Assembly (NCBI GenBank): GCA_965243025.1
Contig: CBDETY010000003.1
Location: forward strand, 2,944,001 to 3,008,000
Direction: 5' to 3'
DNA from: Candidatus Latescibacterota bacterium
GTDB taxonomy: Bacteria; Latescibacterota; UBA2968; UBA8231
DNA: 64,000 bases
Shown: positions 37,718 to 47,907 of the stretch, piece by piece
How the letters are laid out: every line of letters begins with the position of its first letter
Position numbering within the stretch: the stretch's first letter is position 1
Translations under genes and position numbers: made by a program
Notes under the pieces: generated by a model
What the model was told of the DNA's origin: nothing
The model's input: the letters and a program-made list of their open reading frames with translations, nothing else
The model's database searches: none

Positions 37718-39064
37718 ATGCACGACCTCGACACGAACAGTGACAACCTGCCTTCCGACGGAGCGGAACCGGCCGCAACCTGGGACGATTATCGCGGGAT
37801 ACTGGCCGCAAGCGGCGCGGACCATGCGGAGCTGGAGCAGTTCGACCGGGTGACCCGGAGGGGTTTCCTGACCGCCCTCGGCAAGGGCGCCCTCGCCCTG
37901 GGCGTCTTCGGCGCCGGGCCGGCCGCCGCGGGAAAGGGCCTGTTCGGCAGGGGTCTCCTCCCCAGCGCCTGGGAGAACATCCGGGATCGCGGGCTTCCCA
38001 AGCCGGACATGATCATCCACTCGGAAAACCCGTTCAACGGCGAGCTCCCGGTACATCTGCTCGACGATCCGGTAACGCCGACGGCGCGGCATTTCGTGCG
38101 CAACAACGGAAGCATACCGGAGCGGGCGCGGACCAAGGATCTGCAGGGCTGGAGGCTGCGCGTCGACGGCGAAGTCCGGCGCGAGCTGTCCCTCTCGTTC
38201 GAGGACCTGTTCTCGTTCCCGCAGGTCACCATGCAGATGGTCCTCGAGTGCGCCGGCAACGGCCGCAGCCTGTTCGAGCCGCAGGTCGGAGGGACGCAGT
38301 GGATCCGGGGCGCGGTCGGCTGCAGCGAGTGGACGGGGGTGCGACTGCGCGACGTCCTCGAGTCGGCCGGGGTGAAGGACGGCGCGGTTTATGCGGCGGC
38401 CTACGGCGACGACGCCCCGCCCGAGGGCCGCGAGCCATTCTCGCGGGGCATCCCCATCGCCAAGGCGATGGACGGGCACACGCTGATCGCGTTCGCGATG
38501 AACGGCGAGCCGTTGCCGGGTGCGCACGGATTCCCGGCGCGGCTGCTGGTTCCCGGCTGGATCGGCAGCTCCATGCAGAAGTGGCTCAACCGCATCCGGC
38601 TACGGGACCGGGTGCACGACTCGGCGAAGATGAGCGGCTACTCCTACCGCGTACCGTCGCACCCGGCCGTTCCGGGAGTCCGGCCCCCGGAAGAGGACAT
38701 GACCATCGCCACCTCCTGGATCGTCAAGTCGCTCATCACCCGGCCGCGGGCTGACCTCGAGGTCGCCGCCGGGGACCCCCTGCAGGTCGGCGGCCACGCC
38801 TGGGCCGGGGAGAACCGGGTGGAGCGGGTCCTGGTCTCCACCGACTTCGGCATCACCTGGAAGGAGGCTGCCCTGACCGATCCGGCGAACCGCTACGCCT
38901 GGCACCACTGGCGGACCGGGCTGACCTTCGAGAAACGCGGCTATTACGAGATATGGGCGCGGGCGTTCGACGACACGGGCAGCGCGCAGCCGTTCAGACA
39001 GCCGTGGAATCCCAAGGGCTACCTCGGCAACGTCATTCACCGCGTTCCCGTTCTGGCCACCTGA
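37718..39064 (+). CDS. Sulfite oxidase family molybdoenzyme (SoxC/SorA-like), Tat-exported
   Basis: TRRGFL Tat motif, HFVRNNG, LECAGN Mo-ligand Cys, HGFPARL..PGWIG..KWL, WNPKGY..N. Confidence 0.9.
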   Translation: MHDLDTNSDNLPSDGAEPAATWDDYRGILAASGADHAELEQFDRVTRRGFLTALGKGALALGVFGAGPAAAGKGLFGRGLLPSAWENIRDRGLPKPDMIIHSENPFNGELPVHLLDDPVTPTARHFVRNNGSIPERARTKDLQGWRLRVDGEVRRELSLSFEDLFSFPQVTMQMVLECAGNGRSLFEPQVGGTQWIRGAVGCSEWTGVRLRDVLESAGVKDGAVYAAAYGDDAPPEGREPFSRGIPIAKAMDGHTLIAFAMNGEPLPGAHGFPARLLVPGWIGSSMQKWLNRIRLRDRVHDSAKMSGYSYRVPSHPAVPGVRPPEEDMTIATSWIVKSLITRPRADLEVAAGDPLQVGGHAWAGENRVERVLVSTDFGITWKEAALTDPANRYAWHHWRTGLTFEKRGYYEIWARAFDDTGSAQPFRQPWNPKGYLGNVIHRVPVLAT

Positions 39065-39304
39065 CCAGCCTCATACACAGGGACTTTGAGGGTGGTCCGA
39101 TCGCCGGAGAGCGGCTCGGGAGAAGCGGCTTATCCAGGGCGGCCCATTTCGGCGATTGCTCCATACGAACCCCGAACCAGTGCCGCCTCCCACGGTTAAC
39201 TTGGAAAGTCCGGCGCCGAGGCGCCCGGCACGCGGGGCGTCTGAGTCGTACCGACGGTGTACGGCGAGCGAAGGCAACCGGGCGACGGGTTGTCGGCCCC
39301 GGAA

Positions 39305-41356
39305 TCAGAACGCCGCCGCGGCGGTTCTGACCACTTCGAAGGCGCCGCGGCCGGTGGTGGCCGTGACCCGGCACAGGTACAGCCCCGGAGGCACCCGGCG
39401 CCCCGCTTCGTCGCCGCCGTCCCATACCGCCTCGTTCGGCCCGGCGCGCTGTCCGGGCAGCACCAGGCGCCGCACCGGCCGGCCCGCCAGGTTGTAGAAG
39501 ACGATCTCCACGTCCGCCTCCGTCACCCCGAACAGGGAGTAGGCCACCATCAGGCGGTCGTTGACGCCGTCGCCGTCAGGGGTGAACACCGGCGGCCGCA
39601 GCTCGACGCCGCCGACGGTCCGCGGCACCGCCTCCGTCGCGGCGACGACCCTGAGCCGGTCGCTGCCGATCTCCCCGGTGGCGTCCCCCTCCGGGATCAG
39701 CTGGCGCACCCCGGGGCGCCGGCGGTCGAACACCTGTCCTTTCAGCCGGGTCGACACCGTGAAGAAGGTGGTCGTCAGGTCGAGCCGCAGCTCCGCATCC
39801 TCCTCGATCCGTTGCGGCAGGTACACGGTCAGGCCCCCGGCGTCGGCTGCGACGCTGTCGGGCCGCACCTCGACCAGCGGGTCGCCGATGCGCAGGCGGC
39901 GCAGCAGCGGCGGCGACGGCGTCGAGATGGAAAGGGCGTCGAAGCCGCCGGCGCGCTCCGGGAACCGGGCCCGGACCGCGCAGGTCAGGTCCACCGGCTC
40001 GCCCAGGGGCACCCGGGCGAGCCGGGCGGAAGCCAGGTCGCCGGTCACCCCGACCTCGGCCGCCAGGTCGGGCACCAGCAGGGGCGCGATCGCGAACGCC
40101 AGCGAGTCCAGGCGCGCCCCCTCCTCCGGGACCGGGGTGGTGAACTCGACCTCGAACTGCAGGTAGCGGCCGCTGGGCATCTCCAGGACGGTCTCCGGTT
40201 CCGACAGGGGGCTCGACCAGGGGGTCCAGTGCTCGAGGTCGTCGCCGACCGGCCCTTTCCAGCCGACGAACTTGTCGGTCAGCGGTCCGTCGCGGGGTTT
40301 GAGGGCCTGGTGCCCGGCGCGGTCGATCTCGACGACCTCCCCCTGGTCGTTCCAGGTGAAATAGGAGCGCGGGTCCGGGTCGGTGCCGGTGCGGATGCGG
40401 ACCCCGGCCCTGGCGCGGGCGTCCGCCGCGGGCTCAAGCCGCCCCTCGCGGCGGCGCCACTTGCTGGCGTGGAGGACCACCCGGGCCGCGGTCGCCGGCT
40501 CCCCGAGATCGATGACGCGGCTGCGGTACCTCGCCTCCGCGGCGAAGCCGCTGCCGTAGGCCTCGAACTCGGCATAGATCCAGTTGTCTCCGGCCCCCCA
40601 GTCGAGCCCGGGGGTGCCGACGTTGTAGCTGCGCCAGCGCAGGTAGCGCAGGTAGCGCCGCGGGAAGGTCAGCTCTATGGGGGCATGGATGTTCTGCGAC
40701 ACCCGCCCCAGCAGGAACCGCAAAGGCTGGTAGTTGTGGTGCTCCTGCCGGGGGGAGAGGTGGCCTTCGGTGCTGATCTCGGTCTCGTCCGGGCTGCCCG
40801 ACAGCTCGCCGTCGGGGGGGATCTCCCGCGCCAGGGGGGTGCCGTCGCGGTAGGTGACCGAGTCGGGCGGGGCCTGGATGACGAACCGCTGCAGCGGCAC
40901 CCGGGCTCCCAGGTCGAGGGTGTACCACTCCGCGTACTCCCAATCCTTCAACATGCTGGTGTAGGTCGCGGGGTCCCCGTCGAAGAAGTCCTCCGGTTTG
41001 AAGAAGTAGCCGCCGCGGGTGTTGTGATTCCGGTTCCAGCGCCACATGCGGGGGATGCCGTCCTCCCAGAAGACGTCGACCGGCTCCTGGAAGATGTGCC
41101 AGGTGTGGTTGTTGAAGAGCTCGTGCAGGAGGTTCCGGCCGGGCAGCAGCTCGCGCGGCTGGAGGGCGCCGGCTGCGATGGCGTGATCGGCCATGACGTT
41201 CAGGTCCACCCAGTCGCCCCAGGATTCCCCGGCGCGGCCGCCGAACGTCAGGGTGCGCAGGTCGTCGGCCGGTGCCCGCCAGGGGAGCAGCGCGCAGGCG
41301 ACGGCCGCGATGAGGGCGGCAGTGTGGTTCCGAACAGGTGGTCCGCGGCGATTCAC
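39305..41356 (-). CDS. Secreted discoidin-like/FlgD-Ig domain protein, orphan member of the 1-23 kb family
   Basis: Signal peptide, FDGDPAT, TLDLG, AEFEAYG.GF, RIRTG.D, FTPDGDGVND, WDG..PPGLY. Confidence 0.85.
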   Translation of the reverse strand: MNRRGPPVRNHTAALIAAVACALLPWRAPADDLRTLTFGGRAGESWGDWVDLNVMADHAIAAGALQPRELLPGRNLLHELFNNHTWHIFQEPVDVFWEDGIPRMWRWNRNHNTRGGYFFKPEDFFDGDPATYTSMLKDWEYAEWYTLDLGARVPLQRFVIQAPPDSVTYRDGTPLAREIPPDGELSGSPDETEISTEGHLSPRQEHHNYQPLRFLLGRVSQNIHAPIELTFPRRYLRYLRWRSYNVGTPGLDWGAGDNWIYAEFEAYGSGFAAEARYRSRVIDLGEPATAARVVLHASKWRRREGRLEPAADARARAGVRIRTGTDPDPRSYFTWNDQGEVVEIDRAGHQALKPRDGPLTDKFVGWKGPVGDDLEHWTPWSSPLSEPETVLEMPSGRYLQFEVEFTTPVPEEGARLDSLAFAIAPLLVPDLAAEVGVTGDLASARLARVPLGEPVDLTCAVRARFPERAGGFDALSISTPSPPLLRRLRIGDPLVEVRPDSVAADAGGLTVYLPQRIEEDAELRLDLTTTFFTVSTRLKGQVFDRRRPGVRQLIPEGDATGEIGSDRLRVVAATEAVPRTVGGVELRPPVFTPDGDGVNDRLMVAYSLFGVTEADVEIVFYNLAGRPVRRLVLPGQRAGPNEAVWDGGDEAGRRVPPGLYLCRVTATTGRGAFEVVRTAAAAF

Positions 41357-41557
41357 GGTTAACAGATAAGGGGCCGGTGCCTTCCCGAGTCAGTCAGCGT
41401 ACGAACGAGGCCGGGCACGGCCCATCCTTTCCCCGCTTTCTCCGTACGGTCGATGGTGAGCTCGCACAACCTCCTGCCGCGGATCCCGCCGCCGCCCTGT
41501 GTCCGAGCCCGCAACGGTCATGGCCCTGGAGACGGCATCTCGCAGCGGATGAGCTGC

Positions 41558-42346
41558 TCAAGGTTGCCTCCGCTGTTTCCGCGCCTCGAACAGGCCTGTT
41601 TCCTTTGTAATGCGGAACCGGCCGTTCGCAGCGATCTCCTTCTCCACCAGCTCCGCCAACCGGGCCGCCCTGTTTCCCGACAGGTCGTAGCGGCCGGTCG
41701 ACAGCCCGTACGCGACCACCGGCCCGGCCTCGGTTACCTCCAGGGAATCGTCGCGCCGCGTCATGGCAACCTCGGTGAACCACTCCCCGAGCAGGCCGGC
41801 GCCGTCCTGCAGGCTGAACCCCTCCTCGACCGGGACGGGCCTGGTCTTCGGGCCGGGACTCACCCGGTCGAGCATCCGGAACAGCTCCCGCATGTGGGAC
41901 AGGCCGTTGGTCGCCGCCGCCAACCTGCCTCCCGGTTGCAGCACCCTCCATATCTCTCCCAGCCCGCGCCGGCGGTCCGGAACGTGGTATAGCATGTGGT
42001 TGGCCACAACCAGATCGAAGGTCTCTTCCGGGAACGGCAGCCCCTGGGCGTCGCAAACGCAGGTCGTGAACCGCCCGTCCGCCGCCAGCCTGTCACGCGC
42101 CTCGGACGCCATGCCGGGGAACAGGTCGGACAGCACCACCGCGCAGCCCGGAGGCACGTCCGGCAGATTGCGCTTCCAGAGCTCCCCGGTCCCGCAGCCC
42201 ACTTCGAGAACGCGGCTGTCCGCTTTCAAGCCGAGGCGCTCGAAGACCCACCGGTTCCAGTCGACCTTGTTGGTGCTGAAATTGGCGTGAAGACTGACGC
42301 GGGACCTGAGGTTCCTGGAATCCCCGTACTGACCGGACAGGCTCAT
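41558..42346 (-). CDS. Class I SAM-dependent methyltransferase
   Basis: VLEVGCGTG, LPFPEETFDLVVANHMLYHV. Confidence 0.9.
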   Translation of the reverse strand: MSLSGQYGDSRNLRSRVSLHANFSTNKVDWNRWVFERLGLKADSRVLEVGCGTGELWKRNLPDVPPGCAVVLSDLFPGMASEARDRLAADGRFTTCVCDAQGLPFPEETFDLVVANHMLYHVPDRRRGLGEIWRVLQPGGRLAAATNGLSHMRELFRMLDRVSPGPKTRPVPVEEGFSLQDGAGLLGEWFTEVAMTRRDDSLEVTEAGPVVAYGLSTGRYDLSGNRAARLAELVEKEIAANGRFRITKETGLFEARKQRRQP

Positions 42347-42722
42347 CTATATGTGCATCTCCATGAAATGGCGTTCATTGCACATACCTCTACCGTGCCA
42401 GGATCCACGAAATATCCTCAATTCCATCGGCTTGCCCTAAGCCGGGGCAACGCACACCGATCCACGGAGTGGACAAGCACCCGGAAAGGGGACGGGTGTT
42501 TAAATCAGACCCCGACCGAAGACCGCCAGCCGATTTTTTTGCGGTTCACGAAATCCCTCCTGCCGGGTCATATGGGACAACCGCGCTTCCGGCGCCGCTT
42601 CGGCGTCGATGGCATTTCCGATACCTGCGGATCCACCGCAAAGACGGTCCGGCCGCAACGGGCCCCATGAGCCGGGTACCGGGTTCGCACAGGATCGAGT
42701 TCTCTTGACCGCCAACTGATTT

Positions 42723-43232
42723 TTGCGCAGACCAGCCGACATAAGCGCCGAGGCCGTAGACCGATACGGCCGCCTGGTGCTCAAAGCCGCCTACCGGATC
42801 GTCCCCGATTCCGACGAAGCGCAGGAGGTGTTCCAGGAAACCTTCCTGCGCTTCCACGCTGCCTGCGCCCGCGGCGAGACCATCTCCCACCCGAAGGCAT
42901 GGCTTTGCCGGGTGGCGGCCAATGCCGCCTTCAAAGTCCGGAGGCATCGGCGTCGGGCGCTGCTTTGCGAAGGGGAAGATTCGGTGGCGGACGCCCGTCC
43001 CGACAAGGAGGCCGAGCGCCGCCTGCTCATGGACCGGGTGCGCGACCTGGCCGCCGAACTGCCGGAGCGCCAGCGCATGGTCTTCGCCCTGCGCAACTTC
43101 GAGGGCTTGCCCTTCGCCGAGATCGCCGCACGGCTGGGTTGCAGCGAGGAGTCGGCCAGGGCCAGCGAGTACAAGGCACTTAAAAAGATCCGCGCCTGTA
43201 TGGGTGCCGGCAGCAAGGACCAAGCGCCATGA
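42723..43232 (+). CDS. ECF RNA polymerase sigma-70 factor
   Basis: AQEVFQETFL, AWLCRVAAN, LPERQR.VF.LR.FEGL.FAEIA. Confidence 0.9.
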   Translation: MRRPADISAEAVDRYGRLVLKAAYRIVPDSDEAQEVFQETFLRFHAACARGETISHPKAWLCRVAANAAFKVRRHRRRALLCEGEDSVADARPDKEAERRLLMDRVRDLAAELPERQRMVFALRNFEGLPFAEIAARLGCSEESARASEYKALKKIRACMGAGSKDQAP

Positions 43233-44986
43233 ACAGGGATGAATTCGAAGGCAGACTCAGCGACTACGTGCGGGGGGAGCTGTCGCCTGCCGAAGCCGGG
43301 CAGATGGAAACCTATCTGACCGAACACCCGGAAGCGGCCGACGACCTGGAAGCGGTGCGTACCGCGATAGAACTCGGTGCCGATATCCGCGCCGCCGAAC
43401 CACCGGACGCGCTGTTCGCGGCCGCCCGCGCCAACGCGTTGAAGGCGATCCGCGCCGAGAATGAGCGGCAAACACAGCGGACGGCATTCTGGCGGCGGCT
43501 GCCGCGGCCGGTGTACCTGTCGGGTCTGGCTGCCGTGCTGGCCGCGGTTGTGGTGGGAGTGCTCTGGCAGGATGCGTCGACCCCGGCGTGGGCGGATGTA
43601 GCCGCCGAGGCAGGCAAGCTTCAATCAGTGCACATAGTGGGCTGGGTCCGTGGAGAAGGGGGGGAACAGGTGCCGGTGAAACAGTGGATCAAGGCTCCCC
43701 ATTTCTTCCGCGTCATCGTCGGTACCGGTCCGGCGCGGCGCGAAATCCTGGCGACCGGCGAGAAAATGCTGGTTTACCTGGACGGGTTCTGGTATGAAAA
43801 AGACGTCGCCGCCGAAAACGCCTGGTCCACGGACAAGATTGCCGGGTTGATGTCTCTGCCCGACCCCGAGGAACGTGAACGTTGGAGCTACCAGGAGGAA
43901 CGCGAAGATCGCCGGGAGACGGTGCTTTTTTCGATCTGGCGCGCTTCCCAGCTGGGGACCAAAACCCCTGCGGATATCCGGTTTGAAGTCGAAGCAGATT
44001 CCCGGACCCGGTTGCCTCGACATGCCCGGGTCTTCCTGGAGGTGGGGCAGGAGGAGTGGGAGCTGGTAAGCGAGTTGAACTATCTCGACTACGATGAGCC
44101 CCTGGCGGACGAGCTTTTCGCTGTCGCCGATGACGCGGTCCTGCCCGTTCCCCCTTCGCGTTCCAAAGCAGACCCGTTCGGTGGTATGAGGATGGTACCG
44201 TTCGTGCCCTGGAACCGGGCGTTTTTCATGCCGCTGGACGGCATGGATATCATCGTCCATCCCCCCTCGGATGACCCCAGCAAAGGAAAAGAGGGCCATG
44301 CCTCCTCTACCGCAGGCGGGGTCACGCGCCTGGAATTTCACCGCACCCCGCTGGCCGAGATCGTGCGGAAGATCGGGGAAATGCCGGTGGAGCCTCTGGT
44401 AAAAAGGACAGTTTCGGGTGTCATCCTGGATAGCGAGCAGAGACCCGGGGAATCGCAGGAAGAGACACCGGGGCAGGAATTGGCCGGGCAGCGCTACTCG
44501 GCGCGGATTTCCTACAGCCATCGCCTGACCCCCATGGAACGCGTCCAGCGCCTGGGCCGCCGCTTTGGTTTCGTCGCTGCGCCAGAAGAGCGGCAGGGCA
44601 CCCGGACACGCTGGGTTTTTTCCCAGGACGGCTCCGGGTTTCCGACGAACCCGCAAATGGGGGGGGCTGGTACCACTGGTGACAGCTACCACGCTACGGG
44701 GTATCCGCTCGGCTTTGCGATCCGGGGCATGCTTGAAAACGCCGCGCTCAACGACCTCGTCGAAGGGTACAACCGGGACCTCGACGAAATCGAGATGCAA
44801 TGGGACGGCCCTGGTGCAGACAACCCCTTTGAGCGCCAGGTAGACATCGATGTCGATTTCTCCGGCGGCTGGGACGTGGCCCTCGACTATCTGCGCGAGC
44901 AGTTCGGGGTGAAGATGGAGCGCGTATCCGAGCCGGTCACCAACGAGGTATTGGTACTGCGTCCGCACGGCGAACCCGCGAAGTAA
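43229..44986 (+). CDS. Membrane-anchored anti-sigma factor with a large extracytoplasmic region
   Basis: ATGA overlap with the sigma gene, zf-HC2-like N-terminus, one TM segment, AWADV then a LolA-like region. Confidence 0.75.
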   Translation: MNRDEFEGRLSDYVRGELSPAEAGQMETYLTEHPEAADDLEAVRTAIELGADIRAAEPPDALFAAARANALKAIRAENERQTQRTAFWRRLPRPVYLSGLAAVLAAVVVGVLWQDASTPAWADVAAEAGKLQSVHIVGWVRGEGGEQVPVKQWIKAPHFFRVIVGTGPARREILATGEKMLVYLDGFWYEKDVAAENAWSTDKIAGLMSLPDPEERERWSYQEEREDRRETVLFSIWRASQLGTKTPADIRFEVEADSRTRLPRHARVFLEVGQEEWELVSELNYLDYDEPLADELFAVADDAVLPVPPSRSKADPFGGMRMVPFVPWNRAFFMPLDGMDIIVHPPSDDPSKGKEGHASSTAGGVTRLEFHRTPLAEIVRKIGEMPVEPLVKRTVSGVILDSEQRPGESQEETPGQELAGQRYSARISYSHRLTPMERVQRLGRRFGFVAAPEERQGTRTRWVFSQDGSGFPTNPQMGGAGTTGDSYHATGYPLGFAIRGMLENAALNDLVEGYNRDLDEIEMQWDGPGADNPFERQVDIDVDFSGGWDVALDYLREQFGVKMERVSEPVTNEVLVLRPHGEPAK

Positions 44987-45060
44987 GCGCGCATTTCCAG
45001 GTTGCCCTTGCCGTCGCAAACCGGCTTTATTCCGCCTGCCTTGTTTTGGAACCGGTCTTG

Positions 45061-46536
45061 ATGGAGGACGGTTTGGAAGATCGAGTCGACATCACCCTGA
45101 CGGACAAACGAACCGGCACCATCGCGCCAGAGCTGTTCGGATGCCTGATCGAGAACTACGGAACCCTCCTCGACGGCATCTGGGTGGGTGACGACCCGTC
45201 GATTCCCAACGCGGAGGGGCTGAGGCTCGACACCATCGCCGCCTTGCGCGAGCTCGGGGTAGGGGTGATCCGATTCCCCGGCGGCACCCCTGCGGACTAC
45301 TACCGATGGCGCGACGGCACAGGCCCGGACAGGAAACGGACCTGGAACTTCTTCTTCGGCGGCGAAGAGACCAACGAGTTCGGCACCCACGAGTTCGTCC
45401 GGCTGTGCAGGAAGGTGGGGGCCGCACCCTCCATAAAGCTCAACCCGATCAGCGGCACCCTGCACGAAGCCCTCGAGTGGATGCAGTACTGCAACCACGA
45501 CGGGGACACCTACCTCACCGCGGAACGGCGCGCCAACGGCGAGGCGGAGCCCCTGGGAGTGCGTTCCTGGGTCATCGGCAACGAGACCGCCGACACCTGG
45601 TCGCCGGAAGGGTACGCCGAGCTGGTGTTCCGGTGGACGTTCTTCATGCGCCAGGTCGACCCGGCCGCCCGCATCGTCGCCGAGGGCTGGAACGCCGACT
45701 GGAACGAGCGCTTCCTCAAGCGGTTTTCGACCCTCTCGAAAGCCGGGGGCGTCATCAGCAACGACATCGCCTGGGCGTCGGAGCAGGGAATGGAGATCGA
45801 ACCGGGGGGCAAGCTGCACATGCTGGGGCTCAAATACCCGAGGGAGCAGGATCTGCGCGATACGATCGCCATGATCGACGAGCACTTCGACGGCGGCCTC
45901 GAGCTGTGTGTCGAGGAATGGGAGGGACAGACGCGGTTCACCTGCGGGTGGCCGCAGGAATGGCTCGATACCATGTCGGTTTTCGAGATCGTCCTGCACC
46001 AGGGCCGCGCCGATCTGAAATACGAAAACGAGGCCCGGCTCGACGGAGGGCTCAAGGTCGCCGAACGCATGCACTGGTGGATGCGGCACGCCGACCGCGT
46101 GAAGATGGCGACCTACCTGTATCCGACGAACACCTGGGCGCCCCTGCTGAAAACCAGCGGCGGGGATCTCCTGCGCACCCCGCAATACCACGCCATGTCG
46201 ATGCTGTCCGCGCACCGGGAGGCGGAGAGTATCGACGTGGAGACCGCGGGCGGCCGGATCGATGCGGCCGCCTCGGCAGGAAACGGCAAGCTGACGGTAT
46301 CCCTGCTCAACCAGGAGGAGCGCCCGGTGCGGACGACGGTGCGCGCCGTAGGGGTCGGACACCCCCGGGCGGCTGCCGCGGCCGTGTTGACGGGGGATCC
46401 CGGCGACGAGAATTCATTCGAGGCCCCGGACCGCGTGGTCCCGCGCGACGCGGAGGTCTCGATGGAGGAGGGTACTCTCACCGTTTCCTGCGAGCCGCAT
46501 TCCCTGACGGTGATCCAGTGTGAATTGATGCCGTGA
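45061..46536 (+). CDS. Alpha-L-arabinofuranosidase, GH51
   Basis: IRFPGG..AD.Y.WRDG.GP, NEFGTHEF, IGNE, EEW, HADRVKMA, NSFEAPDRV. Confidence 0.88.
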   Translation: MEDGLEDRVDITLTDKRTGTIAPELFGCLIENYGTLLDGIWVGDDPSIPNAEGLRLDTIAALRELGVGVIRFPGGTPADYYRWRDGTGPDRKRTWNFFFGGEETNEFGTHEFVRLCRKVGAAPSIKLNPISGTLHEALEWMQYCNHDGDTYLTAERRANGEAEPLGVRSWVIGNETADTWSPEGYAELVFRWTFFMRQVDPAARIVAEGWNADWNERFLKRFSTLSKAGGVISNDIAWASEQGMEIEPGGKLHMLGLKYPREQDLRDTIAMIDEHFDGGLELCVEEWEGQTRFTCGWPQEWLDTMSVFEIVLHQGRADLKYENEARLDGGLKVAERMHWWMRHADRVKMATYLYPTNTWAPLLKTSGGDLLRTPQYHAMSMLSAHREAESIDVETAGGRIDAAASAGNGKLTVSLLNQEERPVRTTVRAVGVGHPRAAAAAVLTGDPGDENSFEAPDRVVPRDAEVSMEEGTLTVSCEPHSLTVIQCELMP

Positions 46537-46598
46537 AGACCGGGTGAGGGAACCTTCCCGGGGGCGCCCAGGCCCAGCCTTTCGCTCGGGTGCCGTTA

Positions 46599-47690
46599 CT
46601 AAGCCAGCTCCCCGCCTGCCTGTGCCCGCGCCGCGGAGAGGAACTCCTGCACGTCGACAGGGCCGCCGGTCCGGCTGCTTTCGATGGCGGCGAAAATCAT
46701 CGCCACCGACTGCAGGTTGGCCTCGACGTGGGTCTCCATCGGCTCTCCCCCGTCGAGCCACTGCACGAACTGTTCCACCAGCCACGCGTCCTTCCACTTG
46801 CGCTGCTGCAACAGGGGAACCGCCTCCCCGGCGCCGTGGCGGGTGTGGACCGAACGGGCACCGCGGTCGTGGTCGAAGCGCTCGATCTCGCGCTGGTCCA
46901 TGATCAGGGTAGTCTGCTCGCACTCGGCGCGCAGGTACTCGCGCGCCCAGCCGTTGAGCCCGACGGCGTTGGTCTTGGCCCCCTCGTAGATGGCGCGGAC
47001 CCCGTTGTCGAGCTGCATCGTCACCAGCCCCTGGGAATCCCCGGCGTACACCCCCCATTCCGGATTCCAGGTCTGGGCGTAGAGGGTGCGGCAGTCGGCC
47101 CCGCCCATGTCGGCGAGGATATCGAGGTGATGGACCGCTCCCTCGATCATCAGCGGGTCCTTCATCTCGTGGCGAAACGCCGCGCCCCAGTCGCCGCGCT
47201 CCCGCATGTCGCAGGTGAAGCGCATGACCAGGTAGTCGACAGCGCCGCAGCCGCCCGACCTGAGCGCCTCGCGCAGGGTGGTCTTGTCCTGGTCGAAGCG
47301 GTGGCTCATGGTGACGCCCATCTTCTTCCCGGCCCGCCGCACCTTTTCGGCGATGCGGCACGACGCCGGGAGCGTGTCGGCGATCGGTTTTTCCGACAGG
47401 ACGTGCATGCCGTGCGCCAAGGCGGCGTCGACGACCTCCTCGTGGAAGGCCGGCGGCACGACGATGGTGCAGAAGTCGGATTCGTTCTCGGCGAAGGCCC
47501 GCCGAAGGTCGGTGTAACACTTTTCTCCGGGCAGACCGAGATGGGTCTGCGCGTTCACCAGGACGTCGGGATTGGTGTCGACGGCGGCGACCACCTCGAT
47601 CAGTCCGTCCTCGATGTTGGGAGGCAGGATGAGCTCGCACCAGGCGCGGCCGCGCCCGCCGGTGCCCACCTGGATCATTCTGTATGCCAT
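46599..47690 (-). CDS. Gfo/Idh/MocA family oxidoreductase
   Basis: GTGGRG, HVLSEKP, GAVHHLD. Confidence 0.9.
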   Translation of the reverse strand: MAYRMIQVGTGGRGRAWCELILPPNIEDGLIEVVAAVDTNPDVLVNAQTHLGLPGEKCYTDLRRAFAENESDFCTIVVPPAFHEEVVDAALAHGMHVLSEKPIADTLPASCRIAEKVRRAGKKMGVTMSHRFDQDKTTLREALRSGGCGAVDYLVMRFTCDMRERGDWGAAFRHEMKDPLMIEGAVHHLDILADMGGADCRTLYAQTWNPEWGVYAGDSQGLVTMQLDNGVRAIYEGAKTNAVGLNGWAREYLRAECEQTTLIMDQREIERFDHDRGARSVHTRHGAGEAVPLLQQRKWKDAWLVEQFVQWLDGGEPMETHVEANLQSVAMIFAAIESSRTGGPVDVQEFLSAARAQAGGELA

Positions 47691-47907
47691 GGTTCTCCTT
47701 TACACATCGGGTGCATACAGGGCGCCGAGGATCGCCCCGATTTCAGTTCACGGGCATAGCAGCCCGTTGAAATAGTCCATCCTGGCTGCGGCCGGCCCTG
47801 GCGGTCGAACCGCCGTCGCCGGCGGCTTGCCCGTACCCTCGATAATGGGCTTTGTACAACTCGTTAAACCCACTGCAACCAACAATTAAACTCCGCCGCG
47901 AAGCCCG

